Source: Octopus sinensis (taxonomy: Eukaryota). From it: a DNA stretch of 64,000 nucleotides. Position numbers and translations under genes: made by a program. Location: positions 22,258,001-22,322,000 of the forward strand of contig NC_042999.1 in the NCBI RefSeq assembly GCF_006345805.1, given 5' to 3'. Positions 52,908 through 64,000 of this stretch are shown one piece after another (positions within the stretch are counted from its first letter, which is position 1; the number at the start of each line of letters is the position of its first letter). The notes under the pieces were generated by a model. It was not told the DNA's origin. It saw only the letters and a list, made by a program, of their open reading frames with translations, and did not search any database.

Positions 52908-53024
52908 ATCTATATTACACTTGAAAGAAAACATAAAAGATATATCTTTCTTTTAAAAATATCCACATTTTTTATGTCATGTTTATGAAAGCAAACAGAG
53001 GTTTGCTTAATATTCTTATTGTTG

Positions 53025-53409
53025 AAGGCGGTGAGCTGGTAGAAACGTTAGCACGCCGGGCGGAATGCGTAGCCGTATTTCGTCTGCCGTTACATTCTGA
53101 GTTCGAATTCCGCCGCGGTCGACTTTGCCTTTCATCCTTTCTGGGTCGATAAATTAAGTACTGGGGTCGATGTAATCGATTTAATCCGTTTGTCTGTCCT
53201 TGTTAGTCACCTCTGTGTGGGCAGTAAAGAAATAGGTATTTCGTCTGCCGCTACGTATTGAGTTCAAATTCCGCCGAGGTCGACTTTGCCTTTCATCCAT
53301 TTGGTGGTCGATAAATGAAGTACAAGTTGCGTACTGAGGTCGATCTAATTGACTAGCCTCCAACTCCCCAAACATTTCGGATCTTGTGCTTAGAGTAGAA
53401 AAGAATATT
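53025..53409 (+). mobile_element. SINE family B dimer ending in alternative tail
   Basis: First unit has the ..AAAGAAATAG tail, second ends ..CTTGTGCTTAGAGTAGAAAAGAATATT. Reverse-oriented multimers at ~54160-54538 and 58985-59545. Confidence 0.85.
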
Positions 53410-53826
53410 CTCATTGTTGTTGATGATGATGATGATGATGATGGTTATGCTGTTATCGTTTATTCCTTATACCATCCTATGAGGCATTGATCGAGTATAT
53501 CTGTAATTAATGAAATACACACTTTCACACACACTCACACACGCACATATCATAAGCAATGAATATTTGACTACATATTTTAAAGAATGTACTGTTGTTT
53601 GAGGGAGAGTTGTTGAGGAATAAATACTATTTGTAATTCTGTATTGACCCGAATGGGAAAATGTGTCACTCAAGAAAGTCTTCAGTTTGAAAAATTTTCA
53701 TGATGTTTCATATTTAGATGCTTTTATTAAATTCATTCAGTTGTTGAACATAAATATGTCTTGGAATTAAATGGTTTTGATTTACTGTCAGGTGACTTTT
53801 GGCCAACACTGTGTATGTATGTGTGA

Positions 53827-53857
<31 letters not shown>

Positions 53858-55004
53858 TGCGTGTATGTTTGTGTGTGCTCGTGTTTGCCACACTAACAAC
53901 GCTTGACAACCGGCTTTGATTTCTAACAAAGCAATTCGGTAAAAGAGAGCGAGAGAACAAGTATTGGACTTTTAAAAGAAAATAAGTACAAGAGATGAAA
54001 TTTGTTCGACGAAAATGCCTTCAAGACGATGCCCTAGTATGGCCGTAGTCCAATGATTGAATCAAATAAGGGTAATAGGTAAGATTATCTGAAACTTCTC
54101 TCTCTCTCTCTCTCTCTACCTCTTTCTTAATGCTTCCTTCTCTTCATTTCTTTCATATTCTTTTCTACCCTAGGCACAAGGCCCGAAATGTTGCGGGAAG
54201 ATGCCAGTCGATTAGATTGACCCTTGTGCGCAACTGGTACTTAATTTATCGACCCCGAAAGGATGAAGGGCAAAGTCGACCTCGGCGGAATTTGAACTCA
54301 GAACGTAAAGACAGACGAAATACCTATTTCTTTACTACCCACAAGGGGCTAAACACAGAGAGGACAAACAAGGACAGACAAACGGATTAAGTCGATTACA
54401 CTGACCCCAGTGCGTAACTGGTAATGATGAAAGGCAAAGTCGACCTCGGTGGAATTTGAACTCAGAACGTAGCGGCAGACGGAAAACCGCTGGGCATTTC
54501 GCCCGGCGTGCTAACGTTTCTGCCAGCTTGCCGCCTTTCCTCTCTTTCATATTGTACTAATACAGTACAATATGAGTTCAAAATGATTTGGTTGCTATAT
54601 CTAGCATATCAAGCGACCAGACGGTTTCTCTTTTGCTGTTTTGTAATGTTATCTTTATAAATATCAAAAAAATGAAGCAACACTTTACAAAGGAGACACA
54701 TTTTACACCCTGCTTATATATCCACATCCGCACATATTCCATACATGCCACCTCACATCAGACTACAGACACATAGAATGGAAGTATCCTTTGACTTACG
54801 AATATAGATGCAATCAGTTAAGAAAAGTGACACCTTACATCATAAACAATAGCCAAACGACAAAAGTATTATATAAAACCATTTGAGACACTTGACTGTT
54901 GTTTGACGTCATTCGCGCTATAGACGCTTACACGAACGCAAACCACAGCAAACTCCATTTTGTGTGCGTGTATGCCTGTACATGAATGTGAGTGTGTGTG
55001 TGTG

Positions 55005-55041
<37 letters not shown>

Positions 55042-55308
55042 TTTCTTTTCATAATTCTTTTCTTCCTCCTTTCTCGTTTTCGTTGTCCGGAAATGTACTG
55101 AAAAGATCCACCGCTAATATATTAATTCCTTTAATAAATTGCCTTGACTATTATTACAAGAAGTTACTACTGCTACTACTACTACTACTACTACTACTAG
55201 TGCTGCTACTAATTCTACTACTACTACTACTACTACTAGTGCTGCTACTAATTCTACTACTACTACTACTACTACTAGTGCTGCTACTAATTCTACTACT
55301 ACTACTAC

Positions 55309-55346
<38 letters not shown>

Positions 55347-55720
55347 TATGGTGCTCCGGAATCACAGCATTAAGTGAAGGCAGGTTAGAAAATGGCTTCA
55401 TCTTTGAAGCGCCGCTTCCTCGTCTCTCCTACGCTGAGTAAACCGGACAACCAAATGAATGACTTCCTATAATATTTCTTGCCGTGTCATATATATATAT
55501 ATATATATGTGTGTGGTGTGTGTGTGTGTGTGGTGTGTGTGTGTGTGTGTGTGTGTGTTGTGTGTGTGTGTGTGTGTGGTGTGTGTGTGTGTGTACATAT
55601 GTAAAAGCTGATTAAGACAGTAATTCGTATATATATATATATATAATATATATATATATAATATATATATATATGTTTGTCTTTGTGTATATATATATAT
55701 ATATGTGTGTGTGTGTATAC

Positions 55721-55751
<31 letters not shown>

Positions 55752-55795
55752 ATGTACGCATATATGTATATTCATGCTTGTTTTCTGTATATATA

Positions 55796-55836
<41 letters not shown>

Positions 55837-56371
55837 TGTACGCATATATATATATATATAATATATATATATATATGTTTGTCTTTGTATATGTATATAT
55901 ATATATGTGTGTGTGTATACATATACATATATATACATGCATGTAGGTATTAATTATTTCTTTTTTCTTTTTTTTTTTTTTTGTCTTCTGATTTCCTTTG
56001 TTAAGATTTCTAACCGGAAGCTAATAGTTATTTCTGTGACAAATGTTATTTTTGGCATCTCATTGTTAAATAAATTGGTGTTGCAAACACCAATTTCTTT
56101 TAGGGACATTAAAGATTGCATTATACGTAATAGAATATAATGATCTTGATGAAACTATAAAAACGCTACATTAAGCTTACCCTGTCCTAGTACTCACCCA
56201 AAAACGATTAAATCATTATTTATCATTCAGCTAATCTTCTCTCCTGTAAATATGCTCACCCTTACTTAGCTGTCAATTTCATGTGTATGGCGCCCCAAAG
56301 TTATTGCGGTTTGGTCTACCCTCGGGAAATGGAAATATTAAGAGTAAAACGAGTTATTATTATGTATTCTA

Positions 56372-56451
56372 TAGAGTTCGTTATTCAATACACGAATTAG
56401 AGTTCGTTATTCAATACACGAATTAGAGTTCGTTATTCAAATACACGAATT
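56372..56451. repeat. 26-bp tandem repeat x3
   Basis: TAGAGTTCGTTATTCAATACACGAAT repeated three times, with one extra A in the third unit. Confidence 0.92.
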
Positions 56452-56525
56452 AACCATTTTTATTTGTTTTCGTTTCATTTGTGCAATTTACTCATTACAT
56501 AAAAGTGTTGTACTATTCTTTATGT

Positions 56526-56870
56526 TCTTTTACTTGTTCCAATCCTTTGACCGTAGCCATGCTGGAGCACCACCTTTAGTCGAACATATCGACCCTAGGA
56601 CTTGTTCTTTGTAAGCCTAATACTTATTCTATCGGTTTCTTTTGCCGAAATGCTAGGTTACGGGGACTTAAAGACACCAACATCGGTTGTGAAGCGATGG
56701 TGAGGGACAAACACACAAATACATATATACGACGGGCTTCTTTCAGTTTCCGTATACTATACCCCGAGGCTGTAGTAGAAGACACTTATCCATGGTGTCA
56801 CGCAGTGGGACTGAACCCGGAACCATGTGGTTGGGAAGCAAGCTTTTTAACACACAGCCATTCCTGTGCC
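56526..56870 (-). mobile_element. SINE family A
   Basis: Reverse complement of consensus with a short internal deletion. Confidence 0.85.
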
Positions 56871-56960
56871 TGTATGTATAACAGTATTTTTTAAATGTAT
56901 AAGTTTATCTCAATTTATTTGACTAAGTTTATTATCTGCTGAAAATAAGGCCGGACAAAC

Positions 56961-57358
56961 GCTGTGCTGATGGTGCTGTTGCTGTTGCTGTTGAGCGAAC
57001 GGTCTTCGTTCCAGAGCTCGCAAGATGGGAGGAGTCCGAAACGTGGTGCTTTACTATTCGTAAGACCCGCAGAAGAGAAAGCAGGTCAACCCCCGACACC
57101 GAGAGCATCGACGGATGGATGAATGCGCATCCAGGCTCAGCGGTTGCGTAGGAAGTCGGGGACAAGAAACAGGAAGAAAGAGTAAGAGAAAGTGGGGGCG
57201 AAAGAGTACAACAGGGGTCGCCATCACCCCCTGCCGGAGCCTCGTGGAGATTTAGGTGTTTTCGTACAATAAACACACACAACGCCCGGTCTGGGAATCG
57301 AAACCGCGATCCTCCGACCGCGAGTCCGCTGCCCTAACCACTGGGCCATTGCGCCTCC
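56961..57358 (-). mobile_element. SINE family C, tail type 3
   Basis: Same head as type 1, then a different GC-rich 3' half ending ..ACCGTTCGCTCAACAGCAACAGCAACAGC. Confidence 0.8.
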
Positions 57359-60066
57359 TACTGATGATGCTCAACACTGCATTAAATATTTTATGATAAT
57401 TAGAATTCAATTCTGAGTTCAAATTTCAGGCAAGGTTCACTTCTGTGTTTTGTCTTCCCAGGGTCAACTGAATAAATGCCAGCCATGAACAAGGTTCTTC
57501 TCTGCCTGCGATGCCATTCGTCCTCTCCCACAATTTGTAGACTTATACTGAAGTTAGAAACAATTATTTTCTGTTGCAAATGAGTTGGTAGAATTGGCAG
57601 CGGGTCGAACAAATTGCTTAGCGGCATTTCTTCTGGCTCTTTACGCGCTGAGTTCAAATTCAACCGAGGCTGACTTTCCTTTCGTCCTTTCAGGATCAAT
57701 AAAATAAGTACCTATTGAGTGTACTGGGGTCGATGTAATCAACTAGTTATACCTCTACAATTACTGGCCTCATACCAAAATTTGAAGCAATTATTTCGTA
57801 TTGTCTACTTATCTCAGCATAATAGAAAATAAATAAGGAGAGACGTCAGAGTTTTACTTGTTCTAAATTAGAAAATACCTGCTGTCTCTCATTAATATCT
57901 TTCCTGTAAACTTATTCCCCGAAGAAGAATTCTGTTCGAAACGTTGGATTTCCCAGTCCTTACGGCAAATTCAGTGTACACTTTTTTTGTGAATTTTACT
58001 AAATAATATATTTCTTGCCGACACGGACCAACGTTAGTTTCTTTGGAGTCTGAACAAATCAGAAAGTAAGTTTCCCGGCCAACCAAGTTTTCGATCGGGT
58101 TTCGCTTCCCTCATCAAGCTAAGTCTCTCTAAAGGAAGTTTATATTTATTAATTGTTTGGTTAATTTCTTTCTATTGAAGTTTTTTCAACTCAGTGTCGT
58201 TTTACAACTTCATATGTATGACCATTCGGAGTCACGTGGCCTAGTGGCTAGAGCAGCAGACTCGCGGTCGAGGGATCGCGGGTTCGAATCTCAGACCGGG
58301 CGATGCGTGTGTTTATGAGCGAAACACCTTAGCTCCACGCGGTGAACTTCTGCTGACTGTTTCGCCACAACTTTCTCTCACTCTTTCCTCCTGCAACTTG
58401 CAGCTCACCTGCGATGGACCGGCGACCCGTCCAGGTGGGGAACCTATACGCCAAGGAAACCGGGAAACCGGCCCTAATGAGCCAGATATGGCTCGAGAAG
58501 GAACAAACATGTATAACCATACTCTACATTGGTTTCTTATTTTAAGATAGATGCCACACGATGGAGATTTAGCCTTTAATTCTAGCAGTTCTTATAACCC
58601 CTTCTAGAGGCTTCTTCCATAAGCTCGTATCATTGGATTATTAAATATTGCCTTTGTTTAATCCCAGGTCAACCATGAATGAGCAAACTTGTATTATCTA
58701 GAACATTCCCGCCGTGACCATCCTATCTCCTTGGTAATATCTCAGATTACATTATCTTACGTTAACCTCCACTTTTGTGACGGTAATGTGAAAATTGGTG
58801 TGATTTGGCTACTGTTTCAAACAGATCAAGTAGTTTAGTGCGTTTTATCAATTAAGAAACTCTAAACCCAAAATGTTCAACACTTGAAGCCATCGATGTA
58901 CGAGGAAATCTCATGTTGTCATTCGGCCTGCTAATAATAGTAACCAAATGTTTCTTAAATAATACCCTACTGTATTCGTTTTTCCTCGGGCACACGGCCC
59001 GAAATTTTGGGGGAGGGGGTTAGTCGATTAGATCGACCCCAGTACGCTGGCACTTAATTTAGCGACCCCGAAAGGATGAAAGGTAAAGTCGACCTCGGCG
59101 GAATTTGAACTCAGAACGTAACGGCAGACGAAATACCTATTTCTTTACTACCTACCAGGCGCTAAACACAGATGGGACAAACAAGAACAGACAAACGGAC
59201 TAAGTCGATTTCATCGATCCCAGTGTGTAACTGGTACTTAATTTATCGACCCCGAAAGGATGAAAGGCAAAGTCGACTTCGGCGGAATTTGAACTCAGAA
59301 CGCAGCGGCGGACGAAATACTCCTAAGCATTTCGCCCGGCGTGCTAACGTTTCTTATTTCTTTACTGCCCCCAAGAGGCTACACACAGAGGGGACAAACA
59401 AGCTCAGACAAATGGATTAAGTTGATTATATCGACCCCAGTGCGTAACTGGTACTTATTTAATTGACCCCGAAAGGATGAAAGGCAAAGTCGACCTCGGC
59501 GGAATTTGAACTCAGAACGTAATGGCAGACGAAATACCGCTAACCTTTCTGCCAGCACGCTGCCTTTAACACCCTACTATATTAAAAACAGAAACGTTTG
59601 TAACGTGGCCCTAGTTTCTCTATACGTCAGACAAAGATGGGACATTCACGTCTGAATGCATTTGCTTCACGGATGCTGACAGGAGGCTAAACTACATCAA
59701 CATCTACAAGTGATTAGGGAGCTCTTCATGGCTGAACATTGTAACCACATTTCCCCTGAATGATGCCCTACTGTATTAAAAACGGAAATGTTGGGTAATG
59801 TGGCCCTCCTTTCTCTACACTTAGGACGGTTGCGTGGTTACGACTGTAGTGTTTTTCGTTACGAGTCTGCTTCATTAGGGTTGAACTCAGACAAAATAGC
59901 AACAACAAATATAACCGAGGAGGGCATCTCTACGTAGTCCCCCAGCCTGCTGGAAAAATGGCAGCCAGATCGCCCTCAGATAGCATCTTACTGAATTATT
60001 AAAAAATATTCAGGGGAAAATGTGACCTTGCTTCTCTTCACGTAGAGAAAAAATCGATACTCACGT

Positions 60067-60510
60067 TTGTACTTGTACTTGTACTTGTGGCGACATTCAC
60101 TCTGGGCGGATTGAGTCGGCTTCTTCTACCACCCTCGAGACAGAAGAAGTTTCGTGGAAAATTTGGATTTCACAAGCGGTCCCCAACAATCCCGCGTGTA
60201 GAGACATCCTGTTTGCCGCAGATTGTTCGCAGACGCAGGCACAGAACGACCGAGGAGCCGCCGGTTGCAAAACAGACACTCCGAGGATTTTCACCAGAGC
60301 CCCGTCTGCCAGGTTGTGGCCCTAATACCACTCGGTGTCAGACCAATCTGCCATGGGTTGCCCTACCAGGAACCGAAGTTCCCGACGGCATAGCTCTGAC
60401 ACTACTCGTTGCCAGCGTCCCCACCACGGTGAAGAGGGGATGGACTTTGGGGACGCGGATGGACTTTGGGGACGCAACTGGACTTTGGGGACGCGGATGG
60501 ACTTTGGGGA
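60067..60510 (-). mobile_element. RTE-derived non-autonomous mini-element with 5' 19-bp tandem repeat
   Basis: (CAAGTA)n tail at 60067-60088, RTE-like 5' UTR motif GGTAGGGCAACCCATGGCAGATTGGTC, degenerate ICGK.. zinc-finger remnant. GC-rich relative to flanks. Confidence 0.6.
60440..60510. repeat. 19-bp minisatellite ATGGACTTTGGGGACGCGG x ~3.7
   Basis: Direct reading of tandem units at 60440, 60459, 60478 and 60497. Confidence 0.95.
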
Positions 60511-60958
60511 TAGTCACGATTGGAGCGCCTTTGATCATATTCCTGATCGATAAGAGATGACCTGTGATTAAATGACAACAAAGCGATAAGTGTATCTTTG
60601 TCATTCTAATTCTCACTTTCTCTCTTTCTAGGGGGTCACACAACCTGCTAGAAATAGCAACAAATTCTCCCTTAAATTGTACACTACCATCTTGAAAATG
60701 AACGGAACAGACTGAATAATATAATTCCAGTTACGCAATGGCCGATAACAGGAACGAATGGGGTGTTTATGACTAGAAAGCCTTTTCGTTCGTCTTAGAT
60801 TTTCTCTGTTAAGGTTGGACCGGGAACTAAACAGAACACGGCAACACCAGTAACAAAATGAAGCTAACTTTTATATATTTTATGTTTGAAATTTTCGATC
60901 TCACTTCAGGTACGAAGTTATTAGTTCTGTCACGTTACTTTCTCAGTTTGATTCATAC

Positions 60959-61039
60959 CCCCCGATGCGATGCAATAAATATTAATATTGCGCCCAGGGT
61001 ATTTCACTCGAGTGTACTCAGTGACTGGCCCAGCGACTA
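60959..61039 (-). CDS. Candidate coding exon of an immunoglobulin (I-set-like) domain protein
   Basis: Acceptor TTGCGTTCCAG|, donor |GTATGA, 81 nt, phase 1-1. Open frame xVAGPVTEYTRVKYPGRNINIYCIASG resembles the Ig A'-B strands (G..l.C.A.G). No neighbouring exon identified. Confidence 0.45.
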
Positions 61040-61074
61040 CTGGAACGCAATGATTTCAATGGTAAATATTGCTG

Positions 61075-61092
61075 TTATTATCATTATTATTA

Positions 61093-61130
<38 letters not shown>

Positions 61131-61158
61131 GTTATTATTATTATTGTTATTATTATTA

Positions 61159-61190
<32 letters not shown>

Positions 61191-61254
61191 GTTATTATTA
61201 TTATTGTTATTATTATTATTACTATTATCATTATTATTATTATTATTATTATTA

Positions 61255-61295
<41 letters not shown>

Positions 61296-61310
61296 GTTGT
61301 TGTTGTTGTT
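61075..61310. repeat. (ATT)n trinucleotide array
   Basis: Direct reading. It produces the spurious poly-I/poly-L ORFs. Confidence 0.95.
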
Positions 61311-62742
61311 CTTAGCCTTGTAGTTGACAATGTCGTCGTTGTTGTTGCTGTCATTGTTGCTGACGTCAAGGTTGTCATCATCGTCATCGAGGTGCTATCG
61401 TCGTCGCTGTTGTTGTCTTGGTTTCAATTATGGTTGCAATTATTGTTTCAGACCATTGCCGTAAGCGTAAAAGTATGTCGAGAAGCAATTTTTAAACATA
61501 GTGTATCTAGGACTATATTGTCTAATGTGTGCTTCATTAATTTTTTTGTTGTCGCTTCTAAAGATATATAGGAGTGACTTAAGGATAAATTGGAAAGCCT
61601 CCGTAGCAACGTGAGTGACACCACGGAAATTAATTCGTTCCTTCTCCTTTGATAAAAGTTTTAATTGCGTCTTTTTACATTAACGAGTCTGTTACGGGCC
61701 CTTAGAGCCTACTATCTTCAATTTAGAAGGGAACATTGAATAAAGTAGTCCTAGGGGTACAATACCCGAGAGGAGACTGGACTAGTTATACCTGGAATGT
61801 CTTATATATTTCTTTACTACCCACAAGGGGCTAAACATAGAGGGACAGACAAAGACAGACAAAGGGATTAAGTCGATTACATCGACCCCCAGTGCGTAAC
61901 TAGTACTTTATTTATCGACCCAGAAAGAATGAAAGGCAAAGTCGACCTCGGCGGAATTTGAACTCAGAACGTAACGGCAGACGAAATACGGCTACGCATT
62001 TCGTCCGGCATGCTAACGATTCTGCCAGCTCGCCGCCTTATATCGTGCGTCTGGTCACTCAAAATAAATTGCGAGTCAGTAACGATGTTAACGAGATAAA
62101 TTAGGGTGATGCTTTTATAAATAGGAATTGGAAATTTAAAGTAATGCCGTTGTTAGTACAGTAATCGCAAACACATTTGAAAGAGAACGCATCCTTACCC
62201 TTACTCACACCCATACATATGAACAAGTATATATATACGTGCGTGGAAACATACATGCAAACACATTTAGATATGATGGCTGCCAACTCGTTAAACAAGT
62301 ATGGATGACTAAATAAAGTGTATCACAGTATTATATGCTGTGAGAAAGACAATAGCTCTTGAATCCTGCCAACGACTGACAGAAGTTGTTGAAGGTTCGA
62401 CATTCATAGAAATTCTTCTGAGTTTTTGATAGTTCCAGATCATTCTCATGCTTGTGCACTCTGATATCTTCATAGCTACATATATACGTTAGATACTAAT
62501 TAAAATAATAAGTACTCAACACTGAAAAAGTGGAAAAACAATTTTTGAAAATTAAATTTATTTTTCTAGTACCTAAGATTGCATACTGACGGAGATTGGC
62601 GTTTTTCAACCAGAATGACAAGTGACATTTCACCATGTTAACGAGAATGAGTGTGAGAGAGAGAGAGAGTATGTATGAATGTATGTATATTAATGCACGA
62701 GGTTCTATATTCATCTGTGTATACTTATATATATATATATAT

Positions 62743-62795
<53 letters not shown>

Positions 62796-62838
62796 TATGT
62801 GTGTGTGTGTGGTGTGTGTGTGTGTGTATATTACAATG

Positions 62839-63040
62839 ATATACATAATTATAACAAGAACTTAGCTTGTGCCTTACCACGCACTGAAAACTAGACGCCA
62901 AAAGACACTGTTACCACCATAAATTCTCTGAGAAAAACATACACTTCTCGGAGAATTTATGGTGGTAACAGTGTCTTTTGACGTCTATTTTTCAGTGCAT
63001 GATGAGGCAGAAGCCAAGCCCTTGTTATAATTATGTATAT
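62839..63040. repeat. Fold-back, ~96-bp arms, 10-nt loop
   Basis: Arms 62839-62934 and 62945-63040, near-perfect in the inner 55 bp. Confidence 0.88.
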
Positions 63041-63112
63041 AATTATAAAATATTTATAAAATTTACCTATGTGGTTTTATTTCCACGCTGACCACTTGGT
63101 AAAAATCATTGC

Positions 63113-63730
63113 TGATTTTACCCTTACACCTTGAATACTGCTGCCCACTGTGGTCTCCCCATACAAGACAAAACATCTCCAGAATTGAGTCTTCCCAGAG
63201 GGCACTCACTAAACGAATTGAAGGCATGGCCGCTCTCGATTATTGGGATCGCCTTAAAGCCTTGAAACTTTACTCCCTCCAGCGTCGCCGTGAGCGGTAC
63301 ATCATTTGTATGATGTGGAGAATATACCGCCAACTTTGCCCAAACGACCTTAACATTAGCTTCAAGGTTCATCCAAGACTGGGACCACGGGCCATACGAC
63401 CCCTGCCCAGTTCAAGATCACAACATACATGTACACTGCAACATAATTTCTTTTCTTCAACAGGCCCTGCCCTATTTAACATTGTCCGAAGAGATCAAAG
63501 AGGAAAAGGATCCCATCAACTTTAAACGAGTCTGGATAGATTCCTTCAAAGAATACCAGAATAAGCCACCCATATTGGATACAACTCACCCACAAGAACT
63601 CACTACTTTAACAAAACTTGCCTTAAACAGGATTCGCATAATCCTATCAGGTGGTGCTATTAAGTTAGACATGGCTGGACCAATCTTTGGTCGAAACAAT
63701 CTAAGTTTATCTAAGTTTATCTAAGTTTAT
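63113..63730 (+). mobile_element. CR1/L2-group LINE 3' fragment (second family)
   Basis: HLEYCCPLWSP, LYSLQRRRERY, GPALFNIV. 3' hairpin GACCA-ATCTT-TGGTC-GAAAC and tail (CTAAGTTTAT)x3 at 63701-63730. Confidence 0.88.
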
Positions 63731-63731
63731 C

Positions 63732-63793
<62 letters not shown>

Positions 63794-64000
63794 TCTGTAT
63801 TCTGTATTTTTGTTTGTGTACTTCGATCGTTTTCCGTCCTTTCGTTGTATACATTCGAAGCTTTGGGCTGGCCATATCGGAGCAATCTCAAGATTAATCA
63901 GCCGAAATTGCTAAGATGATCTGGTTCTTGACTGATGACTGAGGGCTTCGAATGTCCCGTCCTGTGGTTCTTGTGTCGTCTCTGTGGGGTTTTCATGTTC

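Noticed and set aside
55345-55430. Minus-strand frame ERRGSGASKMKPFSNLPSLNAVIPEHHK before GTATTA
   Set aside because: Unique, GC-richer sequence, but weak splice signals and no homology I recognise.
60800-60827. Possible next Ig exon (AG|TT CCC GGT CCA ACC = VPGPT)
   Set aside because: Lacks the expected Trp and hits a stop after 10 codons with no donor site.
60947-61061. Plus-strand exon candidate (TTTCTCAG|...ATG|GTAAAT)
   Set aside because: Open in one frame, but the peptide resembles nothing I recognise and it overlaps the better minus-strand Ig-like candidate.
60858-61571. 237-aa ORF and overlapping poly-I/L/T ORFs
   Set aside because: Mostly translation of an (ATT)n array. The non-repetitive part is better explained by the minus-strand exon candidate.
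62320-62470. Minus-strand open stretch ..FYECRTFNNFCQSLAGFKSY..
   Set aside because: Could be an Ig F-strand or a decayed RTE C2H2 tail. The spacing is wrong for Ig and there is no clean donor, so it is left uncalled.

Overview
AT-rich, repeat-saturated eukaryotic DNA. The repeat families resemble those I recall from octopod (Octopus) genomes, which is recognition, not a database hit. There is no intact host gene. One 81-nt, phase 1-1, Ig-like candidate exon on the minus strand (60959-61039) suggests the window may be intronic. Most ORF-track entries are translations of microsatellites. The recognisable content is: three abundant tRNA-derived SINE families (called A, B and C here), CR1/L2-group, RTE and RLE-type LINE remnants, four Tc1/mariner derivatives (one DD37D), a hAT MITE and a non-autonomous Helitron. 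The main signal is a set of Penelope-like (PLE) elements and fold-back palindromes, mostly lodged in (TA)n tracts, that carry minimal type-I hammerhead ribozyme (HHR) motifs of several distinct sequences. The best example is a young ~2.4 kb element (42131-44568): two ~770-bp near-identical inverted arms, each with a complete HHR core, around a GIY-YIG endonuclease ORF with one frameshift and no RT. A second theme is modular SINE/LINE 3'-end sharing, with visible stem-loop covariation. All coordinates and alignments were counted by hand and may be off by a few nt (more for degenerate repeat ends). No search or folding program was run.
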